The translations under genes and the position numbers were made by a program. Shown here in pieces: positions 1 to 8,117 of a stretch of DNA of 64,000 nucleotides; position 1 is the first letter of the stretch, and each line of letters opens with the position of its first letter. Below the pieces are notes generated by a model, which was given only the letters and a program-made list of their open reading frames with translations, ran no database searches and was not told the DNA's origin. This DNA is from a phage: sequence record PZ386955.1. One strand, given 5' to 3'.

Positions 1-1
1 A

Positions 2-1906
2 AAGCGTAGAAGTTTTGCAAGTGGTTTTACCTTAAGAGATGCTCGTGAAGCATTGCTCTTTGAAACTGACGGTAACTACTATCAGTGGAAAGGTTCTCTA
101 CCTAAAGTTGTACCTGCTAACTCTACTCCTACATCTACTGGAGGGATTTCAGATACAGCTTGGAAAAATGTGGGTAATGCAGATGACATTGCTCAAATAG
201 AATCAGAATTAGATGCTATTGAAGCTGAAATTGAAGATCTTAGAGAATCCATCCCAGAAGCTGGTAAATCAGCTTACCAGATTGCCGTAGACAATGGTTT
301 CCAAGGTACTGAGACACAGTGGTTGGCTTCTTTAAAAGGTGATCCAGGTGCTCCATTAAAGCTACTAGGGACGCTATCTAATACCAACCAATTACCTACA
401 ACTGGAAACAATGCAGGGGATGCATGGATTGTAGGCGAGAATATGTATGCTTGGGATGGTACTGCTTGGAGAAAAGTAAACTCACAGGGGCCAGAAGGTA
501 AATCAGCTTATCAAGTTTGGCTTGCAGCAGGAAACCAAGGTACAGAACTAGACTATCTTGCTGCAATTAAAGGTGATAAAGGGGAGCCTGGCCCAGAGGG
601 GCCACAAGGTGTGCCAGGTAACAATGCTAATGGTTTTGATTACCAAGGTGCAGCTAATTCCGTTTCAGATCTTCCTTCTGCATCTCATGGAAACACATCT
701 CAAGCATGGAGTATTGGTACATATCTATACGTGTCAAACGGTGTAGAATGGATCAATATGGGTGCTATAGTGGGGCCAAAAGGAGATAAAGGCGACAAAG
801 GAGATAAGGGTAACACTGGTGATTCAGCTTATCAAGTCTGGTTAAACGCTGGTAACGTTGGTACTATTGACGAATATATTGCCTCTCTGAAAGGAGAAAA
901 AGGTGATAAGGGAGACAAGGGTGATCAAGGTGAACAGGGTATACAAGGCTTGACGGGGCCAACTGGTGCAGGGTTGACCATTATTGATATTCTGACTAAC
1001 ACTTCTGAACTACCACAAACTGGAGAAGATGGTGATGGTTATCTAATCAATAATGAACTTTGGGTCTGGTTGCAAGGAGCCACAGAGTGGACAAATGTTG
1101 GTCGTTTAGCTGGTACTCCAATCACTGCAAAAGGACACGTTGCGTCTGCAAGTGCGCTTCCTCCTACAGCCAATTACGGTGATGCTTATCTGACGGAAGA
1201 TACAGGTCATCTTTACATTTACACCTATAATGAACAAACTCAAACTGCTGAATATGTAGATATGGGTAGTTTGAAAGGTGATAAGGGTGAAAAAGGTGAC
1301 GCTGGTACTAACGGTACAGACGGTGCAACTTGGATTGTTAAAACAACAGATCCAATCTCTAGTGATGGTAAACAAGGGGATTATGCCTTTAATATCTCCA
1401 CTGGCGAGGTGTTCTTAAAAACATCTGCAACTGTCTGGACTTCTCAAGGTACACTACCTAGCATTACAGATGCACCTAGTGATGGTAAAATTTATGCTCG
1501 TAAAGATGGAGCATGGGAAGAACTAACTAGTTCTGTAGATGGTCAAGATATAGTTCCAACAAAAGTAACAACTAATTTTATAGAGGTTACAGCATATACC
1601 AACAACTCTGTTACAGGTGACTGGACACCTCCAGGAACACATAACATGAATGTGTTGAATCTTACTGGTAACTCTACTATAAAAGCATGGCCTGGTGTCG
1701 AAGATAGCACAAAACCTAAACCATTCTCTGCAATAGTTTATCTTATCCAAGATGCCACTGGAGGTCGTACTGTTACTTTAGATCCATCTTACAAAGTAAT
1801 TGGTTCTAGTGATATTAATACAGATCCTAACGGAGTAACAATACTACAACTAACATATTGTGGTGTTGGCGATTACGTGGATGCTATTGTTGCTAAACGC
1901 ACATAA
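2..1906 (+). CDS. tail fibre protein with collagen-like Gly-X-Y repeats (5' end lies upstream of window)
   Basis: Reading frame open from window edge (track start at 53 is TTG); GDKGDKGDKG and GEKGDKGDKGDQGEQGIQGLTGPTG triplet runs; hairpin terminator follows. Confidence 0.7.
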   Translation, partial: KRRSFASGFTLRDAREALLFETDGNYYQWKGSLPKVVPANSTPTSTGGISDTAWKNVGNADDIAQIESELDAIEAEIEDLRESIPEAGKSAYQIAVDNGFQGTETQWLASLKGDPGAPLKLLGTLSNTNQLPTTGNNAGDAWIVGENMYAWDGTAWRKVNSQGPEGKSAYQVWLAAGNQGTELDYLAAIKGDKGEPGPEGPQGVPGNNANGFDYQGAANSVSDLPSASHGNTSQAWSIGTYLYVSNGVEWINMGAIVGPKGDKGDKGDKGNTGDSAYQVWLNAGNVGTIDEYIASLKGEKGDKGDKGDQGEQGIQGLTGPTGAGLTIIDILTNTSELPQTGEDGDGYLINNELWVWLQGATEWTNVGRLAGTPITAKGHVASASALPPTANYGDAYLTEDTGHLYIYTYNEQTQTAEYVDMGSLKGDKGEKGDAGTNGTDGATWIVKTTDPISSDGKQGDYAFNISTGEVFLKTSATVWTSQGTLPSITDAPSDGKIYARKDGAWEELTSSVDGQDIVPTKVTTNFIEVTAYTNNSVTGDWTPPGTHNMNVLNLTGNSTIKAWPGVEDSTKPKPFSAIVYLIQDATGGRTVTLDPSYKVIGSSDINTDPNGVTILQLTYCGVGDYVDAIVAKRT

Positions 1907-1908
1907 TC

Positions 1909-1934
1909 AAAGCCCCTTCGGGGGCTTATTATTT
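1909..1934 (+). terminator. rho-independent terminator
   Basis: Hairpin AGCCCCTTCGGGGGCT followed by TATTATTT. Confidence 0.7.
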
Positions 1935-1945
1935 AAGGAGATTAA

Positions 1946-4765
1946 ATGTATCCTATTCCTTTATTTATGTCAACAACATCAGCTTCAGTAGTAACAGCTA
2001 CATCTATAACCACTTCCTCTATTGGTATTGCAATAGTTGGTAGTAAAAAGCAACTGACATACACAGTTTCACCGGAAGATGGTGCGTTATTTGATATAGC
2101 TTTTTCATCTTCAGATAATACCAAAATGGTTATAGATAATAGTGGTATGATGGAGTTTGTTGCCGAAGGTGGTTTTGATGCAATAATGACAGCTAAAAAT
2201 AATTTAGGTGCTGTCTTAACTGATCAATCTGGTGGTTATGCTTCAGAATTAAGCGTGTACACTGAAAGTCTATCAGCTATGGATGTAGGCACTACTCAAC
2301 AGTTGGTTGCTACAATCAGTCCAGAAGGTGCTAAAGATCTTCCAGACATGGTAATTACGTACACCACAACAGATCCAGAAGTAGCTACTGTAAGCCCTAC
2401 AGGATTAATAACTGCTCTTAAAGATGGTAATTGCCGTATAGGTTGTACTGCAACGTATCAAGGAACAGTGGTGGCCTCTGATAGTTCTTATTTAGGTGTT
2501 AATGCTATTCCTGTCATTTCTAATGTAACAGCCGTGGCAAACAGCTATGGAGACGTTCGTGTTGCTTGGGATGTAGCTGATCCGCTAGATGGTGATACTT
2601 ATACTGTAGAAGTATTAGATTTAAGTAATAATAGTGTCCAGTGGACTACAACAACCACGAATACTTACGCTTACTTTGATATCTCTGACTCTATTCCTCT
2701 TTATGGGTTTGCTCCAACATACCTTAAAATTAGCGTTAAGAGCACCAAAGCAGCAGCCGTTATCTTTAATAACTCAATAGCTACAGATGATTCATTCATT
2801 AAAGAAGTTATTGTCTTTGCTGGACAAGATAACGTAAATGCACACTTTACAGAATTATCTGGTGCAAATAAAGCAGCAATGAGTAGCACAACAGTCCGTA
2901 ATGCATATGCTACGCAACGTGGTTTAGCAAATGCTGAAGTTCTTCCGTTAAATACAGCTTCTGGATCATCAGCAGCAGATAAATATGCTGACGATAAAGC
3001 TGGAACAGGTACACCAGACAACTACTGGTATGATCTGGATAACACAGCAGATGGGCCATGCTTAACTAACTTTATCACTAAAGTCACACCTTATGCAAGT
3101 AAGGTTAAAGCAATTGTTTGGGGACAAGGTGAAAATGATGCTGTATCAGCATCTTCAACTGTTGCAGGTAGGTACAGTAACACTACACGTTACCATGATG
3201 CTACGATAGCTATCTTTGATAAGATGCGTACAATAGTTCCTGCTTCTCAAGCAAAAATTGTTTGGCAGATCCTAGGACGTTCTTATTTATATGGTGTAGA
3301 AGTTAATGGTGTGGATTGGCAGAAGTACAGAAATGTACAAAGAACCATCTCTACAGCACGTGATGATGTTATCATTGGTTCTTGGGTAGATGGTGCTGAA
3401 CGTTACAGTGGCTATGTTTATGAAGAAGGTATTGATGGTCGTATCCATTATGTTTCTTCTGTATACCAAACAGCAGCTACAAAACTTGCTAAATCGGCAG
3501 CAGACGGTACAGACTTAACATCAACGTCACCTGTTTGGGTTGATATGGCTGTTCCAACTGGAGCAACAGCTACTTCCCAATCTAATCAAGATACAATTTT
3601 AGCATGGGATGCTCAAGGCTATAGTAAACACTACTTCCGTAATATTAACGTCTTAACAGCATCTGTATTAACGGAACAAACGCTTAATACGAACAGCTAT
3701 ACGTTTACCTATGCAGATCAAGTAGCACAATATGGTTTTGCAGCAGGAACTACTATATTTGATGTTGCATATTATGACGAAGCAAATGATGTGTTATCTC
3801 CTTTAGTACGTTTTAATGTTAACGTTACAGCAGGAACCGAAGAAGATAAACCTGTCGTGATGGACTATGATTTGACGCAAGAAACTCTCCCATCAGATGT
3901 TAAGGTTAATGGTGGGAACTCTTTTGCTCGTGCTTCTGGAGATAAACTTGTAGCCACTAACACCTTGGTTGCTCCGTTGGAGTATGTTGGTACTACCCCT
4001 GTAGGTAGACGTGTAACAGCTAACACAGCTACACAAATTTTTGTCAACAACGCCTTAACAAGTGCAAGCCCGTGGGTAAAGACCAACTTAACTGTTGCAG
4101 CTTCATCTGATAACTCTCCGGCTGGAACTACTGCTAATGTATTCAAATTAACTCCGACTACAACCTCTAGTAGTCATATCTTAACTGCGACATATACTAA
4201 CGCGTACAACATATCTGCCGGACGTAACTGGTCTGCCTCTGTTTTCTTGAAAGCGAATGGGATTACTAAGGCCAAACTAAGATTAAAAGCAGGAACTGAA
4301 GTTAATGAGGGTACTTTTGATTTAGCAGCAGGTACATTCACAGGAAGTGAAGCTAATATTATATCTATGGGCAACGGTTGGTATCGTGCTATTCTGCATA
4401 AAACAGGGATAGCCAAACAGTCCTCCATAAGTTTTGAAATAATTGCCTTGGATGCAACTGGTGCGGAGATTTTCGCTGGAGATGGTACTAGTAACCTTGC
4501 AGTTTGGTTGCCACAGCTTGAAGGTGCTTCTACAGGAGAAACATCAAAAGCTGGATCGCCTTATGTCTGCACATATCCTGGAAATTTAGGAGGAGTATCC
4601 TTCACTATACCAAGGAACGGACATACTGGTGTGGATGTTTACTATTCCAACGGAGACGTTGTTCGTGACGTATTCTCTGGTACGGCATCTACTTGGACAA
4701 TAAACTACTCCAGCTTGTATGATTGGGGATCAGTCTTTATTACAGGTTTGAAATATTACGACTAA
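1946..4765 (+). CDS. tail fibre / receptor-binding protein with Ig-like (Big_2-type) domain and possible SGNH/SASA-like esterase segment
   Basis: 939 aa; segment VGTTQQLVATISPEG...VATVSPTGLITALKDGNCRIGCTATYQG resembles Big_2; FAGQDNVNAHF and IVWGQGENDA resemble sialate-O-acetylesterase blocks (nucleophile position uncertain). Confidence 0.55.
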   Translation: MYPIPLFMSTTSASVVTATSITTSSIGIAIVGSKKQLTYTVSPEDGALFDIAFSSSDNTKMVIDNSGMMEFVAEGGFDAIMTAKNNLGAVLTDQSGGYASELSVYTESLSAMDVGTTQQLVATISPEGAKDLPDMVITYTTTDPEVATVSPTGLITALKDGNCRIGCTATYQGTVVASDSSYLGVNAIPVISNVTAVANSYGDVRVAWDVADPLDGDTYTVEVLDLSNNSVQWTTTTTNTYAYFDISDSIPLYGFAPTYLKISVKSTKAAAVIFNNSIATDDSFIKEVIVFAGQDNVNAHFTELSGANKAAMSSTTVRNAYATQRGLANAEVLPLNTASGSSAADKYADDKAGTGTPDNYWYDLDNTADGPCLTNFITKVTPYASKVKAIVWGQGENDAVSASSTVAGRYSNTTRYHDATIAIFDKMRTIVPASQAKIVWQILGRSYLYGVEVNGVDWQKYRNVQRTISTARDDVIIGSWVDGAERYSGYVYEEGIDGRIHYVSSVYQTAATKLAKSAADGTDLTSTSPVWVDMAVPTGATATSQSNQDTILAWDAQGYSKHYFRNINVLTASVLTEQTLNTNSYTFTYADQVAQYGFAAGTTIFDVAYYDEANDVLSPLVRFNVNVTAGTEEDKPVVMDYDLTQETLPSDVKVNGGNSFARASGDKLVATNTLVAPLEYVGTTPVGRRVTANTATQIFVNNALTSASPWVKTNLTVAASSDNSPAGTTANVFKLTPTTTSSSHILTATYTNAYNISAGRNWSASVFLKANGITKAKLRLKAGTEVNEGTFDLAAGTFTGSEANIISMGNGWYRAILHKTGIAKQSSISFEIIALDATGAEIFAGDGTSNLAVWLPQLEGASTGETSKAGSPYVCTYPGNLGGVSFTIPRNGHTGVDVYYSNGDVVRDVFSGTASTWTINYSSLYDWGSVFITGLKYYD

Positions 4766-4770
4766 TAAAA

Positions 4771-4797
4771 AAGGAGCCATTAGGCTCCTTTTCTTTT
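4771..4797. terminator. bidirectional rho-independent terminator between convergent genes
   Basis: Hairpin AAGGAGCCATTAGGCTCCTT flanked by A-run upstream and TTCTTTT downstream. Confidence 0.7.
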
Positions 4798-4800
4798 ATC

Positions 4801-5232
4801 TTAATCAGTGAAAATTACACTTACATCTTCTTTAGAAAAGAGTTTATGATCTTCACCTTTTGTCTCAAGAGTTTCATACAGGTTAAGAAGTTCTGAAACA
4901 TCTTTCTCTACCAGTTTCTTCAATGTTGCAATTTTCTGTTTGCGACTCTTAATACGTTCAGCTACAACCTTACGTTGGTATCCAGCAGTACGATAACCTG
5001 AGAAAGTTACACCAGTGAGACTTGCAGTTACAGGATCGTAATGACGTTCAATCTGAAATTTATTAAAAGGTACAGCGTCATCACGAATAATCTTCCCACC
5101 ATTACTTACTTGACGAAGACCAGTAACTTGTTCTAGTCGTGCCATAGAAATCTTTGGAGACAGACCAGAGTCCAGGTTCATACCATTGTTAATCAGTGCT
5201 TTCAGGGTGATTTTGCTGTTCAGTGTACTCAT
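4801..5232 (-). CDS. hypothetical protein
   Basis: 143-aa ORF; GGAGGA SD upstream of ATG at 5232; 3' overlap with methyltransferase gene. Confidence 0.5.
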   Translation of the reverse strand: MSTLNSKITLKALINNGMNLDSGLSPKISMARLEQVTGLRQVSNGGKIIRDDAVPFNKFQIERHYDPVTASLTGVTFSGYRTAGYQRKVVAERIKSRKQKIATLKKLVEKDVSELLNLYETLETKGEDHKLFSKEDVSVIFTD

Positions 5233-5920
5233 TTAGTCGTTCCTCCGCTTGCTTAAAAATATTTACATCGGCTTCACAGCCTAAGTATTCTCTACCTGTT
5301 AAAAGTGCCGCAACTTGTGTTGTTGCACTTCCAGAGAAGAAGTCTAAGACTACATCTCCTTCGTTGGTGTGTATATTAATAAGGTCACAAAACAAAGTCA
5401 AGTGTTTTTGTGTTGGATGAAAACGATCTGCTCCTTGATAGATAGGATACTCAAACACACCCTTATGGTAGGAAGCATTGAAGGTTGGCTTAGAACCTTT
5501 AACACAAACAATAGCCATTTCTTTAGCGTTACTAAGGTAGTTAACACCACTGTTGATGGGTACAGGGTTTGTTTTAATCCATTCAATAGTACGGAACATA
5601 CGAAAACCAAGCGGTTCAAGGATTTCACGTAGCTCCTGGATCTTCCACATATCATACCAAACTATGCAAGTACCACCTTTTCTAAGCACCCTGTAGGCTT
5701 CTTTGAATACTTCTTTAAAGTAAGGAATATCTACAACATCCCAATCACCAAAGTTGTAAGATACACGGAATCTATCCGTATCTTTTCCAGTAGGCTCTCC
5801 AGACTGAAAATTTGTGTCACGAGAAATAGCATATGGTGGGTCAGTAAGAATCAAATCTACACTATTGCTTTCGAGGGTTTGCAGGTAGTTTAATGCAGTG
5901 TTGTTTACAAATTCGCTCAT
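5189..5920 (-). CDS. DNA N6-adenine (amino) methyltransferase, beta-class
   Basis: N-terminal DPPY motif (LILTDPPYAI) preceding FxGSGxT-type AdoMet motif (LDFFSGSATT); GAAGGAG SD. Confidence 0.85.
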   Translation of the reverse strand: MSEFVNNTALNYLQTLESNSVDLILTDPPYAISRDTNFQSGEPTGKDTDRFRVSYNFGDWDVVDIPYFKEVFKEAYRVLRKGGTCIVWYDMWKIQELREILEPLGFRMFRTIEWIKTNPVPINSGVNYLSNAKEMAIVCVKGSKPTFNASYHKGVFEYPIYQGADRFHPTQKHLTLFCDLINIHTNEGDVVLDFFSGSATTQVAALLTGREYLGCEADVNIFKQAEERLNEYTEQQNHPESTD

Positions 5921-5936
5921 TATATCTCCTTCAAAG

Positions 5937-5962
5937 AAAAGGAGCCGTTAGGCTCCTTATAT
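5937..5962 (-). terminator. rho-independent terminator
   Basis: Hairpin AAGGAGCC(TAAC)GGCTCCTT followed by TTTTCTTT on minus strand. Confidence 0.65.
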
Positions 5963-5980
5963 TCACACAATATTTAACTA

Positions 5981-6928
5981 TTAGAAACAGTGCAGGAAGT
6001 TTCGACCATACTGCAAACCAATAGGAGCAAATGGGATATCATCATCGAAATCTTGAACAACAGGTTCTGGTTCTTTCGGTGCTGGCTCTTTCTTCTCTAC
6101 TTTTTTAGTTTCTTTCTTAACTTCTTGTACTGGGGTAGACATTCCACGGATAGCAGCAGCTACTTTATCAGACAAAGCAAGAACTTCACGAGCAGCTTCA
6201 ATAATCTCTTCTGCCGTTACAGTTTTACCTGTATGATCACGACAAGCGTTAAGAATTGCGTGTCCAACTGAAGCACCAAGATCATAGTCAGTCACATCAA
6301 CGCCACGATCTTTAGCAATTTCAGCTTTCAGAGTAACAGTTGCAGATTGTACCACACCAGCCAAGTCGAAAGCATCACCTTTCACACCAGCACGTAGAAG
6401 CTCCAGAGCGCCGTTTACAGCGTGTCCTGTTTCAATCCCTACGGTATCACGTTTTTTGTAGTTAGGCTTGCTACCTTCGTTATTAGATGGCTTATTTCCA
6501 CCTTTTGAAGAAGATTGCGCTTGCTGAACACCTTCTGTTGAAAGAACAGTGATTTTACCTTTAGAGGAGTTGTAGTATGTTTTGCCATTCCATTCGGAAG
6601 GTTTAACATCCATAGTTAGTTCTACACCTTTTTCGATAGTAACCCACTTGTCACCATCTTTAACTTGCAGGTTTTCATGTTCTGGATGCAGTTTAACTTC
6701 ACCTAGGCTAACCCAAACACCTTTATCATCAGCACCAGCACCTTTCTCTTTAATAAGCAGAGATGCTTTGTGAGTTGATTCAATTTTCTTATCTGGCTGA
6801 CCTGCAACCTTAATATAAGAGACTTTCATTTCATCAAACTTATCCAGTTTGACATATTCAACGATACCTTCAGCCCAGAATGCTTCTTTTTTAGTACGAC
6901 GGTCGATTTCAGAATTAATTACTGGCAT
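5981..6928 (-). CDS. putative ssDNA-binding / replication accessory protein with SSB-like acidic DDDIPF motif
   Basis: 315 aa; Lys/Glu-rich linker then DFDDDIPF near C-terminus (SSB-tail hallmark, but 15 aa from the end). Confidence 0.35.
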   Translation of the reverse strand: MPVINSEIDRRTKKEAFWAEGIVEYVKLDKFDEMKVSYIKVAGQPDKKIESTHKASLLIKEKGAGADDKGVWVSLGEVKLHPEHENLQVKDGDKWVTIEKGVELTMDVKPSEWNGKTYYNSSKGKITVLSTEGVQQAQSSSKGGNKPSNNEGSKPNYKKRDTVGIETGHAVNGALELLRAGVKGDAFDLAGVVQSATVTLKAEIAKDRGVDVTDYDLGASVGHAILNACRDHTGKTVTAEEIIEAAREVLALSDKVAAAIRGMSTPVQEVKKETKKVEKKEPAPKEPEPVVQDFDDDIPFAPIGLQYGRNFLHCF

Positions 6929-6944
6929 AAATTCTCCTCTATAA

Positions 6945-7343
6945 TTACATTACTTTAACACAAAACTCTCGTAAAAGAGTAGCGTCAGTTTCTTCCAACA
7001 GGTATTTACCAAGACCAATACCAAATCCTATTTCACCACTTTCGAAATGGAGGATTTGTATCTTTTCTCCACCAAGGTTAATTACTTTTGCTTTTCCAGG
7101 ATTATCCAAAACATCTCGTATTGTATCCTGTAGTAGCATTAGTTCACGTTTTGTGATAGTGGTTTCAGATATCTCTTTGTTTTCTACTCTCACTGTTAAA
7201 CGATTGTATCCACCAAAGAGACATAGTATTTGAATAAAAAAGGTATTATCTTGAGGTTCAACATCTTTTTTAGTTAGCTCAAGACGATTAGTTTCTCTAC
7301 TATAGAACGTCTCGACTAAGATTTTAGAACGATTATCTGTCAT
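6945..7343 (-). CDS. hypothetical protein
   Basis: 132-aa ORF in co-directional gene block. Confidence 0.5.
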   Translation of the reverse strand: MTDNRSKILVETFYSRETNRLELTKKDVEPQDNTFFIQILCLFGGYNRLTVRVENKEISETTITKRELMLLQDTIRDVLDNPGKAKVINLGGEKIQILHFESGEIGFGIGLGKYLLEETDATLLREFCVKVM

Positions 7344-7386
7344 TCAAGTCCTCATAATAACACATAATTATAATGTTTGTCAACAC

Positions 7387-7980
7387 TTAAATTTTAAATT
7401 CTTCATTGTTAAATGAATCCAGTGTACGTACTTCTGGCTCTTTGGGAATGAAAACGTCTTTTACAAAGCGGAACATAGGGAAACGTTCTGCCATTTTACG
7501 GACGTGTGCTTCTTTACCTGTGTATCGGTGATTAATAGTACAAATATTAGTTTTCAGTGCAAATTCAAAATCTGGATGATATACATAATTTTGACCATCC
7601 CAGTAACACAAGCAAATAGCTACATCAAAGTTCCATACGATTTCACTGCGTACACCTTCTTCCATGATCATAAAGTTAAACTTAAGATCTTTATAGTATG
7701 CTTCAAATACCCATTTCAAATGTGGTAGTTCGGCATAAGTGTGTTCTGTTTGCTTAGTAAGTTGTTTAACATTACGTGCACCAACACCCAACATCAAAAA
7801 CTTCTCTACTAGCACGAGTGTATTGTGGTTAGGCATACGCAAGTAAATGTCAATGTCTTGTGCAGGTTTCTCTAATCGCCAATCACGTACAGCGCCGCCA
7901 GCTACAATTGCAAACGGATCTACCAGTTGGCACATACGTAATACTTCTAAAGCGCGTACTTTTTGATCTTCAATATTCAT
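7387..7980 (-). CDS. nucleotidyltransferase, pol-beta superfamily (CCA-adding / poly(A) polymerase head-domain type)
   Basis: GGAVRD...DIDI motif (hG[GS]-x12-DxD) at residues ~27-45; only 197 aa. Confidence 0.55.
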   Translation of the reverse strand: MNIEDQKVRALEVLRMCQLVDPFAIVAGGAVRDWRLEKPAQDIDIYLRMPNHNTLVLVEKFLMLGVGARNVKQLTKQTEHTYAELPHLKWVFEAYYKDLKFNFMIMEEGVRSEIVWNFDVAICLCYWDGQNYVYHPDFEFALKTNICTINHRYTGKEAHVRKMAERFPMFRFVKDVFIPKEPEVRTLDSFNNEEFKI

Positions 7981-8117
7981 ATTTTCTCCTATCTCTTATG
8001 GTCTTTGCGTTATTCTAGATGTTCAAACATCTAATTATGAAATGGTTTAAAAGTGTGGAACAACCTTGGCAATAACAGATTGTCCCACATAAAAACTCCT
8101 TTAAAATCAAATAGATA

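Noticed and set aside
780-960. GDKGDK-encoding DNA as a non-coding tandem repeat
   Set aside because: It is in-frame coding sequence for collagen-like triplets within the tail fibre gene.
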